Source: Acidobacteriota bacterium
GTDB taxonomy: Bacteria; Acidobacteriota; UBA6911; RPQK01; JAJDTT01
Direction: 5' to 3'
NCBI GenBank assembly: GCA_965217775.1
Contig: CBDCJH010000002.1
Span: 3,712,001-3,776,000 of the forward strand
DNA length: 64,000 bases
Part shown: in pieces, positions 18,306 to 27,870 of the stretch
Position numbering within the stretch: the stretch's first letter is position 1
How the letters are laid out: the number at the start of each line of letters is the position of its first letter
Made by a program: the position numbers and the translations under genes
Notes under the pieces: model-generated
Seen by the model: the letters and a program-made list of their open reading frames with translations, nothing else
Databases searched by the model: none
Told to the model about the DNA's origin: nothing

Positions 18306-20402
18306 TCAGTTCAGTTTTCTCGGCACCGTGACCGACCAACTCTTCTGGAAATGCCGCGCGCCATTGACGGTCACCTCCACTCCCACCACATGGTGAAACG
18401 CCGCTTCGTCGCTGGAGGTGACCTCGTTCGCCTTGACGACGACTTCAGAATCCGGACGCTTGACCACGTACGTGGAAGTCGCCGCCAGAACGGCAGCGGC
18501 GGGATTCTCTTCGGAAACGGTGAATCTGGAGCGGGTCACCATGCGCTCCGATCCCTCTCCCCGAACGCCCTTGGTCTCGCGGCCGAGTCGCAGGGTCACC
18601 GCTTTCCCCACGAGATCGTGAGCAATCGAATACTCCAAGGGCGTTTTCAAGAGCTTGGGGTCGGCCGTGGGTAGTTCCACCAGGTCCGGTTTCGGGAGTT
18701 TGGGACTCTGCTCCGGAATCACCGGCAGCAGGATATGCGACGGGTGACGGCGGCTGCGGTGCAACGTGCTCACCGCCGGCTCCGGCGTCGGCCAGGCGTT
18801 CTGAATGTCGGCGCCTGCGATGGCCACGCGAATCCTGTGCCCGGCAGCGAACACGTACGACATTTCCTTCACGTCCACGGCCAACTCGTAGACCTCGCCG
18901 GGGACCATCGCCTCCGGCTCAAAATGCGAGTTCCGGTGAGTTCCGCTGAGACCGCCGTAGCGCACGAGTTTGGAGGTGCCGTCCGGCGCCACGTCGATGA
19001 GCTTGACTCGAAAGTAGGCCACTTCGGCCGTCGAGGAGACATGCAGCAGGGCCCGAGGGGCGCCCGACACCTCCACGTCCTTTTCCAGCGGAGAAGTGGT
19101 GTAGGTCAGGGAGTAAGCCTCGTCCGGGCGCTGGTCCACGGGCATGGCCCAGGGCAGAATTCCTCCTCCCCAATGGATGCCCGAGGTGATGCCGACGGTG
19201 GGCTTGTAGTCGAAACTGTCCGCGGCCGCCTCGAATCCGGTGGACGGCTCCCGGCTCAGCTTGCCGCCGCCGTGGAAGTGGAACCCGGTGGGCAGGGCCC
19301 GGGCGATGGGCCATTCGGCTTCGGAGCGCCAAGAGCCCGCCTCTTCCAGCGGCATCCGGGATGAGGGCGGCGTGTATTCCCGCACGAAAACGGTGACCGG
19401 CGGTTCCTCCAGCACCCCGTTCTCCATTCCCTTGAGCCAGTAGTCGAACCACTTCAGGTAGATGGGGCGGGTGTCGATGCGGGGCCCGGGGACGGCGTGT
19501 TTCTCTTCGCCGTACCAGTGTCCCCAGGGACCGACCAGCGCCTTCTTGAAGGGAACTTCCAACCGATCGAAGGCGCGCAGCAACGCGGTGGCATAGACGT
19601 CCGACCAGCCCGCTACCACGAAGACCGGACACTTGACCCGGCTGTAGTCCGCGGACAGGGAGCGGTCCTGCCAGTAGGGCCCCTCCGTCGGGTGAGAGAT
19701 GTAGCCGATCCCCCAGGGCCGATTGTTTTCCAGCCGGGTCCGCCAGATCTCACTCCATTTCGCGCCCGCGATCTCCGGGTCGGGAGGGGCGAAATTGAAA
19801 GCGGTCATATGAGGAGAATAGCTGTCGAACATGTAGGGGCGAAGCACGCCCCCGGGATAGGTCCATTCGGTGTAGACGCTGTCGTTGGCCGAGCGCACGA
19901 TGATGGTCTTGAGGTGGGGAGGATTCTGGACCGCAACCTGCCACTGGACCACGCCGCTGTAGGATTTCCCCAGCATTCCGACGTTGCCGTTGCACCAGGG
20001 CTGGGCGGCGATCCACTCCACCATTTCGTAAGCGTCTCGCCGCTCGTCGGCGGCGTAGATGTCCCGGCTCCACCCGCCGGAGTTCCCGGTGCCGCGCACG
20101 TCGAACTGCACCACCACGTAGCCCCGCTCCGCCAAGTAGGGAACGGCGGGTGGATACTCGTCCCGGTAGTCCGGCAGGGGAGCTTTGACCCGCCGGTAGG
20201 GGTTGTATTCCATGATGGCGGGGAATCTTCCCTCCGCGTCAGGCCGCGTGATTCTCAGGGCCAACTCCACGCCGTCCCGCATGGAGACGTACCGGTTGAT
20301 CACCTTGACCTTGCCCTCGTAAACGGGCGGGGAGAGTTTTGCCTTGGATTGACCGAAGATCCCGGTAGAAAATCCAATCATCATGAGAACAAAATAAAGC
20401 AT
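18306..20402 (-). CDS. CocE/NonD family hydrolase with C-terminal extension
   Basis: MRDGVEL, YNPY, DVRGTGNS, GKSYSG, GWSD, GPWGH; ends KSWSVTVPRKLN. Confidence 0.92.
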   Translation of the reverse strand: MLYFVLMMIGFSTGIFGQSKAKLSPPVYEGKVKVINRYVSMRDGVELALRITRPDAEGRFPAIMEYNPYRRVKAPLPDYRDEYPPAVPYLAERGYVVVQFDVRGTGNSGGWSRDIYAADERRDAYEMVEWIAAQPWCNGNVGMLGKSYSGVVQWQVAVQNPPHLKTIIVRSANDSVYTEWTYPGGVLRPYMFDSYSPHMTAFNFAPPDPEIAGAKWSEIWRTRLENNRPWGIGYISHPTEGPYWQDRSLSADYSRVKCPVFVVAGWSDVYATALLRAFDRLEVPFKKALVGPWGHWYGEEKHAVPGPRIDTRPIYLKWFDYWLKGMENGVLEEPPVTVFVREYTPPSSRMPLEEAGSWRSEAEWPIARALPTGFHFHGGGKLSREPSTGFEAAADSFDYKPTVGITSGIHWGGGILPWAMPVDQRPDEAYSLTYTTSPLEKDVEVSGAPRALLHVSSTAEVAYFRVKLIDVAPDGTSKLVRYGGLSGTHRNSHFEPEAMVPGEVYELAVDVKEMSYVFAAGHRIRVAIAGADIQNAWPTPEPAVSTLHRSRRHPSHILLPVIPEQSPKLPKPDLVELPTADPKLLKTPLEYSIAHDLVGKAVTLRLGRETKGVRGEGSERMVTRSRFTVSEENPAAAVLAATSTYVVKRPDSEVVVKANEVTSSDEAAFHHVVGVEVTVNGARHFQKSWSVTVPRKLN

Positions 20403-20428
20403 AGCCGTCTATCGAATGAATCTTGTCT

Positions 20429-21751
20429 TCAGCCGTGGCTCCAGTCGTACCGCCGGCGGTTCTTCCACTGGCCTTCAGTATAGTCGGGCACCTCCTGCGT
20501 GGCCCCGTTCTCACGGACGGATTTCGCCGAGAGCGGGATGAGGGAACTCCAGGTGACGGCGTCATAGACATCGATTCCCGGGGCCTTGTCTTCCATCAGG
20601 CACTTGTAGAAATGTTCGATGACGAAATAGTCGCCTCCGCCATGCCCGGTCCGCAATGCCGCCTTACCGTGCCGGGTCCAGAAGGGGTGATCGTAACGCT
20701 CGTAGTAGTTCGAAACGGGCTCCCAATCCTTCGACCTTCCATCCACGAACATCCCCGCTTCGTCGTCGTACGAGGCCTTGGTGCCCTGAAGCGTATAGAA
20801 ATCCATGTGGTGCGGACGCGGGGAACAGATGTCGAAGCGGAGGAAGATCACGGCTCCGCTCTCGGTCCGAATCAGGCTCACGGTGTTGTCCCCGTTCCAG
20901 GTCGCCGTGGCCCCTGGGGTGTCGCGACCGAACCGCTCGATGGCGTACTCCCGAAAGCTGTGGGCCGGAGTCATCATGCTCACGCATTGCCGGAGCTGGT
21001 CGCCCCGGGGGATTCCGAACCACATGGAGGTGGGGCCGAGGGCATGGGTCGGATAGGTGTTTGCGATCAGGTCCGTCCGGCTGTTGAGCGATCCGCGCCA
21101 GTTCAGCGAGCCGTCTCCATTGAACTGCAGGTTTCGAGCTTCGTGGATATAGCCGCACTCGGCGAAGGTGAGCGTTCCGAAGACCCCCTGCTCCACCGCG
21201 TTCAGGATCATCATGTTGCTGCGGATGAAACACAGGTTCTCTGCCATGAAGTACTTGGCGTCGGTTTCCTGGGCCGCCCGCACCAAGTCCCAACCTTCCT
21301 GGATGGTGTTGCAGGCCGGCACCTCGCTGAAGACGTGCTTGTGCGCCCGCAAGCTGTCGATCGCCATGGGGCCGTGCCACCAGGTGGGCGTGGTAATGAA
21401 GACGACGTCGACGTCGTCGCGCTTCAGCAGGCGCTTGTAGTCGCGGGGGCCCCCGGTGTAGGTGTCCGGCTTGTACCCGAGCTTCTCCTGCACCATCTTC
21501 GCTCCCCGCTGAGCCGCCTCTTCACGGAAGTCGCACAGCGCCGGGACGTCGACGTTGAACCGGTCGAGCGACGCCTTGAGAAAGAGCCTGCCCCGGTTTC
21601 CAACGCCGATGATGGCGATCTTGAATTTCTTCGATCCGTGCTTGCTGGCAGGCGCTGGCGGCTCTGCCGCGAGCGCGACCGGAGCCAGGGACGACGCCAA
21701 TGCGGTGCCGCTCCCCGTTTGCACGAATTCCCGGCGGTTCAATTTCTTCAT
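20429..21751 (-). CDS. Tat-exported Gfo/Idh/MocA oxidoreductase, GH109-like NAD-dependent glycosidase
   Basis: Tat motif LNRREF; IIGVGNRG, SEVPA, AENLCF, YPTHALGP, GHGGGD. Start refined to 21751 because the longer ORF runs through REP DNA. Confidence 0.85.
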   Translation of the reverse strand: MKKLNRREFVQTGSGTALASSLAPVALAAEPPAPASKHGSKKFKIAIIGVGNRGRLFLKASLDRFNVDVPALCDFREEAAQRGAKMVQEKLGYKPDTYTGGPRDYKRLLKRDDVDVVFITTPTWWHGPMAIDSLRAHKHVFSEVPACNTIQEGWDLVRAAQETDAKYFMAENLCFIRSNMMILNAVEQGVFGTLTFAECGYIHEARNLQFNGDGSLNWRGSLNSRTDLIANTYPTHALGPTSMWFGIPRGDQLRQCVSMMTPAHSFREYAIERFGRDTPGATATWNGDNTVSLIRTESGAVIFLRFDICSPRPHHMDFYTLQGTKASYDDEAGMFVDGRSKDWEPVSNYYERYDHPFWTRHGKAALRTGHGGGDYFVIEHFYKCLMEDKAPGIDVYDAVTWSSLIPLSAKSVRENGATQEVPDYTEGQWKNRRRYDWSHG

Positions 21752-21788
21752 CGTGGATGACCTTCTATCTGTTGGGGTGAAGATTCCC

Positions 21789-21923
21789 GTAGGAGGGGGG
21801 ACCGTCTTGTCCCCCACAATCCCAATAGGAGAGGGGACATTCCTGTCCCCTGCAAGCCTTGGAATCGGGCCGCGCCTTGCTCCGGTCTGGACCGAAGAGG
21901 GCACCCACAAGGGGCGCCCCTAC
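21789..21923. repeat. REP cluster (two GGAG-type and one GTAG-type palindromes)
   Basis: GGAGGGGGGACCGTCTTGTCCCCC, GGAGAGGGGACATTCCTGTCCCCT, GGGCACCCACAAGGGGCGCCCCTAC. Confidence 0.65.
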
Positions 21924-21988
21924 GTCGTCCATTTGCACAGGATTTTGCAAATAAGGAACTAATCCTCACAGGCAACGATCGCTTTCGT

Positions 21989-24067
21989 CTAATTCAACTG
22001 CCTGGGAACCGTGATCGACCAGCTCTTGTTGAAATGGCGGGCTCCGTTGACGGTGACCTCCACTTCCGCCACATAGCGGAACGAGGTCTCGTTACTTGTG
22101 GTCAGCTCATTGGCTGTCACTTGAATCGTCGATTCCGGACGATCCACCGTGTAGGCCGCCTTGGCCTTGACCGTGGCCCGGGCCGGATTCTCCGACGAAA
22201 CCGTGAACCGGGAATCCAAGAGCAGACTGCCTCTCGCCACGTGGATCCGGAGCGTGGTGGTGTTGTTCACAAGATCGCGGGTAATCGAGTACTCCTTGGG
22301 CTGAGACAGGTCGTCGGGGTCGGCATTGGGAAGACGCTTCAGTCCGGGCTCGGGCAGCTTCGGGTTCTGAGCGGGCACCACCGGAAGCACGAGATGGGAC
22401 GGACGCTCGCGGTTTCGGTGCAGCGTGATCTCCGCCGGCTTGGGCGTGGGCCAGGCGTTCGGCATGTCGGCACTGGCGACGGCGACCCGGACCCGGTGCC
22501 CTTTCGCGAACACGTAGGACATGGCCTTCAGATCGAACTTCAATTCGTGGACATCACCCGGTTGCAGCGGTTCCGGACTGGAGTGGGAGTTCCGATGGGT
22601 GGCGTTCAGTCCCCCGTAGCGGACCAGCTTGGCCGTTTCGTCCGGGGCGACGTCGATCAGCTTGACCCGGAAATAGGCCACGTCCGCAGTGGATGACAGG
22701 TGGAGCGCCGCGGTGGGATTGCCGGTGACCTCCAAGTCTTCTTCCAACGGCTCGGTCGTGTAGACGAGGGAGTGCGCCTGGTCCAGGCGCTGATCCACCG
22801 GCATTCCCCAGGGATTGATGCTCCCCCCGGCATGGATGCCCGAGGTGATGCCGACGGCCGGGTCGTATTCATAGCTGTCGGATCCGGACTCCGGCCCTGC
22901 CGGCTGTTCCCCGCTGAGCCGGCCACCCTCGTGAAAGTACATCGGCGTGTATTTTGTTCTCGGAACCGGCCAATCCATTTCGGACTGCCAGAAGCCCGGC
23001 TCTTCCAGAACCATCCGCGCCGAAGGCTTCTTGTACTGCCGCTTGAAGAGGGTCACCGGGGGTTCGTCCATCACCCCGTTGTCGATCCCCTTGAGCCAGT
23101 AGTCGAACCACTTCCGATACTCCAGGTGCCCGTCGATCCGGGGTCCGGGAACGGTGTTGTGAACCTCCGGCCACCAGTGTCCCCAGGGACCGACGAGAGC
23201 CCGCTTGGGAACTTTCAACTTGGAGAACGCTCGGAGCAGGGCGGTCGAGTACCAGTCGGCCCAGCCTCCGATCACGTACACGGCGCACTGGACTCGATCA
23301 TAGTCGGGCGCCAGGGATTGGCCGCGCCAGTAGGGACCGTCCACCATGTGTTTGATGAAACCATAGCCCCAGGGCCGGTTGTTTTGGAGATGCTCCTCCC
23401 AGATCTCGCTCCACTTCTCCCCGACCAGCTCCGGGTCGGGGGGAGCGAAATTCATGGCGGTCATCTGGGGCGCGTACCGCCACATGACGAACGGGCGAAG
23501 CACTCCGCCCGGGTAGATGAACTCGGTGTAGTTGTCGTCGTTTCCGGAGCGGACGATGATGGCCTTCAGGTGCGGAGGCGCCTGCTTGGCCACGTGCCAC
23601 TGCACCACGCCTCCGTAGGAAATGCCCATCATCCCGACCTTCTCGTTGCACCAGGGTTGGGCCGCGATCCACTCCACCATCTCGTAGCCGTCCTTTTGCT
23701 CGGCCGGGTTGTAAAAGTCCCGGGTGAAACCGCCGGAGTTGCCGGTTCCCCGGGTGTCGTACTGAACGATGGCGTAACCCTGGCCCGCCAGGTAGAGCAT
23801 GGGCTGGAAAGGCCACGGTTCTTCGTCGAAGTCGGGGGGGCCCTTCTTCAGAAAACGGTAGGGGTAGTAGATCATGACGGCCGGAAACCGGCCTTCGACA
23901 TCAGGACGAATGATGCGGGTCGCCAGCTCCACGCCGTCCCGCATGGCGACGCGGTCGTAGGTCACCTTGAGCTTGTCGCCGTATGGGGTTCCGGCCATGG
24001 GGTCGCCGGGCGGTTCGGCGGCAAGACTCACGGAAACGAGGGTAGCGAAGAGCAGGAGAAAGAACAT
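21989..24067 (-). CDS. CocE/NonD family hydrolase with C-terminal extension
   Basis: Signal peptide; YYPY, DTRGTGNS, GISYGG, GGWAD, GPWGH; close paralog of 18306-20402 and 53022-55313. Confidence 0.92.
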   Translation of the reverse strand: MFFLLLFATLVSVSLAAEPPGDPMAGTPYGDKLKVTYDRVAMRDGVELATRIIRPDVEGRFPAVMIYYPYRFLKKGPPDFDEEPWPFQPMLYLAGQGYAIVQYDTRGTGNSGGFTRDFYNPAEQKDGYEMVEWIAAQPWCNEKVGMMGISYGGVVQWHVAKQAPPHLKAIIVRSGNDDNYTEFIYPGGVLRPFVMWRYAPQMTAMNFAPPDPELVGEKWSEIWEEHLQNNRPWGYGFIKHMVDGPYWRGQSLAPDYDRVQCAVYVIGGWADWYSTALLRAFSKLKVPKRALVGPWGHWWPEVHNTVPGPRIDGHLEYRKWFDYWLKGIDNGVMDEPPVTLFKRQYKKPSARMVLEEPGFWQSEMDWPVPRTKYTPMYFHEGGRLSGEQPAGPESGSDSYEYDPAVGITSGIHAGGSINPWGMPVDQRLDQAHSLVYTTEPLEEDLEVTGNPTAALHLSSTADVAYFRVKLIDVAPDETAKLVRYGGLNATHRNSHSSPEPLQPGDVHELKFDLKAMSYVFAKGHRVRVAVASADMPNAWPTPKPAEITLHRNRERPSHLVLPVVPAQNPKLPEPGLKRLPNADPDDLSQPKEYSITRDLVNNTTTLRIHVARGSLLLDSRFTVSSENPARATVKAKAAYTVDRPESTIQVTANELTTSNETSFRYVAEVEVTVNGARHFNKSWSITVPRQLN

Positions 24068-24236
24068 CTCGGCACGCCTCCGTAAACGGGTGGCTTGAAG
24101 GGTCTCGACCAGAGGGAAAAAGATTTCGCGAGTCTATGCCCTGCCCCGACGCCGGTCAACCCGCCGAGTTGCCTCACAATCAATCGTCCTGAAACGGATT
24201 CGTCGCCTCGAAATAGAAACCTTCCCGAAATGCGGG

Positions 24237-25334
24237 TTAAGCGAGAACCTCCCGGATGACCCGCCCGTGAACGTCGGTCAGGCGGCGGTCGATGCCGTTG
24301 TGCCGGAAGGTCAATTTCTCGTGATCGATGCCGAGCCGTTCCAAAACCGTGGCATGCAGGTCATAGCAGTAGACGGGATTTTCCGCGGCTCTGTAGGACC
24401 ATTCATCGCTGGCTCCGTAGGTCACGCCGCCCTTCACACCGCCGCCTGCGAGCCAACTGGTGAAGGTGAACGGGTTATGGTCCCGCCCTCTGCTCCCCTG
24501 GCTGCAGGGCATACGGCCGAACTCGGTCGTCCAATAGACGATGGTGTCCTCCAGCAGACCGCGTGACTTGAGGTCTTTGATCAGCGCAGCCGCCGGCCGG
24601 TCCATTTCCGCGGCCATGTCTCCATGATCCTTTTCGATATTTTCGTGACTGTCCCAGTTCCTTCTCGGGAAGCCGTTGTCGGCCCCGCTCCAAACCTGAA
24701 CAAAACGGACGCCTTTTTCGAGAAGCCGGCGCGCGACCAGGCAGCGGGTCCCGAAATCCCGGGTGGCCGGCTCATCCACTCCGTACAGTTTCCGAGTGTT
24801 TGCGGACTCTCCCGAGATGTCCATGACTTCGGGGGCGCTGAGCTGGAGCTTGGCGGCCATCTCGTAAGAACGGATGCGCGCTTCGAGCCGCGAGTCGGCG
24901 CCCCGTACCTCCTGGTGAGCGCGATTCAGTTTCCGTAGCACCCTGAGGGTGTCAGCCTCGCCCGAAGCGGTGATGTATCGCGCGGATTCCGGCGGGAAGA
25001 GGTCGTGGATGGGATTGGGGCGTCCCACGCGAATCATGGTCCCCTGATGCGACGCGGGCAGGAAACCGGCCGCCCAGTTGCCCGGACCGTTGGGTGGGAA
25101 ACCGCGCACGTCCGGGAGCACGACCAAGGTCGGCAGATTGTCGTTCATGCTGCCCAGCCCGTAGGACAGCCAGGCCCCCATGCTGGGGAATCCCGGAAGC
25201 ACGAAACCGGTGTTCTGCATGAACGTCGCGGGGCCATGCACGTTCGATGTGGAAATCATCGAATGGAAGAAGGCAATTTCATCGACGCAAGTCGCCAGTC
25301 GGGGCACCTGGCTGCTGACCCATTTGCCGCTCAC
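24237..25334 (-). pseudogene. 5'-truncated DUF1501 family protein
   Basis: Begins abruptly at SGKWVS. It lacks the Tat signal and the ~120 N-terminal residues present in the intact paralog at 41580, but has PSMGAW, GVRFVQ, WDSH, TEFGRMP, GRDH, RRLTDVHG. Confidence 0.8.
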
Positions 25335-25605
25335 CTCTGATCTGTCGGATCAGCAGACTCTCTTCGGGACTTCCCGGCACCACGACGGGGCCGCTCCTGC
25401 CCCCATCCTGCAGATCCTGGTAGCTGGCCAGCGACAGGTTGGCCTGTCCCCCTTCGGCTGCGTGGCAGGTTTGACAGCGTTGCTCCAAGATGGGCCGCAC
25501 CTGCCTGTGAAAGCTGACCGGCGACTGCGCGGGTGCCATCTCGACGGCGAGAATCCAGATTCCAGCCAGTGACAACCAATGATGCAGTGTGCCCCGACCG
25601 TTCAT
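25335..25605 (-). pseudogene. N-terminal planctomycete cytochrome c fragment of a DUF1549/DUF1553-type gene
   Basis: Signal peptide, VSFHRQVRPILEQRCQTCH, GGRSGPVVVPGSPEESLLI; then runs out of frame into the DUF1501 fragment. Confidence 0.75.
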
Positions 25606-25682
25606 CTCTTAATCCCCGGATCAATCAAGGATTGTTTCCTGATTATGCTCTATAAGACCTTGGTCAATAAAGACGCCCGTCA

Positions 25683-25753
25683 GGGGCAGCGGTTTCCAAC
25701 CGCCGCACTCCCAATGGGGAAGGGGAATGGGGGACAGGGATGTCCCCCCTCCT
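25683..25753. repeat. Inverted REP pair
   Basis: GCGGTTTCCAACCGC and GGGGGACAGGGATGTCCCCCCTCC. Confidence 0.55.
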
Positions 25754-25829
25754 ATTCGCGTTGCGACGGGAAGCCTGCTAGCATTCCTGCAAACGACGAA
25801 CCCGCCTTTCTCGCCGGGTCGCTGATTGC

Positions 25830-27851
25830 ATGGTGACAAGATTCTTTTCTTCGACCCCTTACCGGTGTTTTTTCGCGGCTGGGCTCCTCCCGCAAACCTG
25901 CTTGTTTCTGCTGCTATCCACAGGCTGCGGCACGGGGCCGCGGACCACACTCTCCGTCGAAGTGAGTCCGGATCGCTGGCGGGTAGACGACGAAGGTCAA
26001 CTGCTTTTTCGCATCCGGGTCGAAGCGGGAGAGCTGTCGTCCGGCTCCCGTATCAGCCTGGCCCTGCCGGGGAGTTGGACCTGGCACACGATTCGCCCCA
26101 CCCGAAGAGAGGACGGCAAGCTCGGGCCGACCCTGCGTGTTCCAACCCAGGATTTGTTGGAATACTTCACTCTGCTTCCGCCTGAGAGAGCGGACCGGTG
26201 GCGACTGGAAATACTTGAGGAGCACCACGACGGGACCTATCACCGGTTCGACCGCCGGCTGGTGCTCACCTGCGTGTCGGACGAAGTGCCGGCCGGCCAG
26301 GAGATCGCCCTCCGGTACGGTGCCGACGCCCGGCCGATTCGGACCTCGCGTTTGGCCGAGACCGTCCGGATCCCGGCCCAATTCGACCTCGGCGACGGCC
26401 AATGGCGCGACGTCGAGAATCCCCCTCAGTTGACGTCGGTCGCCGACTCCTTCCACACCATCCTGGTCACCGCGGACTCCGTCGCTACCATGGGGCAACC
26501 GGTGGAAGTCCATGTCACGGCCCGGGACCGGCTGGGCAATTCGGCCGAGTTGCCGAGTGGCCTTGAACTCCGTTCGTCCGACGGCGGGGTCGAGACCGTC
26601 GGCCTCACCGTAGCGGGCGCCGTCCGGACGGGCACGGTTCGCTTCGCGACCCCGGGATTCCAGACCCTGGAGGTGGGAAACGACAGCGTCGGGTTCCATC
26701 GGTCCAACCCGATTCGGGTGACCGAAGAAGAACCACGCCTCAAGCTCTACTGGGGCGACCTGCATTCCCACTCCACCATGAGCAAGGATGCCTTGGGAGT
26801 CGATCCCTTCACCTTCGCCCGGGATCACGCCAACCTCGACTTCTTCGCCTCCTCGGAGCACTCCACGGGGGATCGGCGGGACGAGGGAATCACCGACTCG
26901 GAATGGCAGGCGATCCAGTCGAGCGTCAAGTCCTTCCACGATCCGGGGCGTTTCGTGACGCTGCTGGGTTACGAGTGTTCCCTTCCCGCTCCCTTCGGTC
27001 ATCACAACGTCTATTTCGCGGATGACTCGGCACCCCTATATCGCAAGCTGGAGGTGAAGACCCTGGAGGAGCTGTGGCGCCGCCTCTCCTCGCACCGGGC
27101 GTTTACGGTTCCGCACCATACGGGCGTCCACTGGGCAGCCGCCGTTTGGGACAAGAAACACCCTCTGCGACCGCTTTTCGAGGTCTTCTCCGTTCACGGA
27201 CAGAGCGAACTCTACGACCCGGACAATCCACTGAGCTACGATCAATTGATCGGCATGGCGCCGTACGGGACCTACCCCATCGGAAGCGAGCTGGTTCCCG
27301 AGGAGCATCGGGGCATGGTCCCCATTTCCAACAGCGCCAAAGGCCCCCACTATGCCCGGGATGCCTGGGCGGCCGGTCTTGAGCTGGGGACGATCGCGGC
27401 CTCCGACGACCACACCGCCCGGCCGGGACTGCCCTACTGGGGACTCGCGGCCGTCTGGGCGGAACGGCTGGACCGCGAATCCATCTTCCAGGCGCTCTCG
27501 AACCGGCAGACCTACGCCACGACCGGACAGCGGATCTACCTGGATTTTCGAGTCAATGGAGGGATGCCCGGGACCAGGGTCAACGCCGGCGGGCCTCCCC
27601 GGATTGAACTCGAGGTCCAGGGGACGGACGCCATCGCATGGGTCGAGCTGGTCGCCTTCGGCCGCGGGCAACGAGGCTATTCCGTCGTGAAGCGATGGAC
27701 TCCGGGCGGCCCCTACCTGCAGGAATCCTTCACCGACACGGGATACTCGGACCGGTCGTTCTACTACGTCCGCCTACGCCAGCGCGGCTTGGTCGAACAC
27801 CGGGCCGTGATGGCCTGGTCCAGTCCCATCTGGATCGAGAGCGGTCCCTGA
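25830..27851 (+). CDS. DUF3604 / PHP-like metal-dependent hydrolase, probable lipoprotein
   Basis: LYWGDLHSHS, SEH, LLGYE, GHHNVYF, VPHHT, ASDDH, YATTGQRI, YYVRLRQ, AWSSPIW; lipobox LSTGC. Confidence 0.85.
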   Translation: MVTRFFSSTPYRCFFAAGLLPQTCLFLLLSTGCGTGPRTTLSVEVSPDRWRVDDEGQLLFRIRVEAGELSSGSRISLALPGSWTWHTIRPTRREDGKLGPTLRVPTQDLLEYFTLLPPERADRWRLEILEEHHDGTYHRFDRRLVLTCVSDEVPAGQEIALRYGADARPIRTSRLAETVRIPAQFDLGDGQWRDVENPPQLTSVADSFHTILVTADSVATMGQPVEVHVTARDRLGNSAELPSGLELRSSDGGVETVGLTVAGAVRTGTVRFATPGFQTLEVGNDSVGFHRSNPIRVTEEEPRLKLYWGDLHSHSTMSKDALGVDPFTFARDHANLDFFASSEHSTGDRRDEGITDSEWQAIQSSVKSFHDPGRFVTLLGYECSLPAPFGHHNVYFADDSAPLYRKLEVKTLEELWRRLSSHRAFTVPHHTGVHWAAAVWDKKHPLRPLFEVFSVHGQSELYDPDNPLSYDQLIGMAPYGTYPIGSELVPEEHRGMVPISNSAKGPHYARDAWAAGLELGTIAASDDHTARPGLPYWGLAAVWAERLDRESIFQALSNRQTYATTGQRIYLDFRVNGGMPGTRVNAGGPPRIELEVQGTDAIAWVELVAFGRGQRGYSVVKRWTPGGPYLQESFTDTGYSDRSFYYVRLRQRGLVEHRAVMAWSSPIWIESGP

Positions 27852-27870
27852 CCCGGAGCAGGAAATCGAA

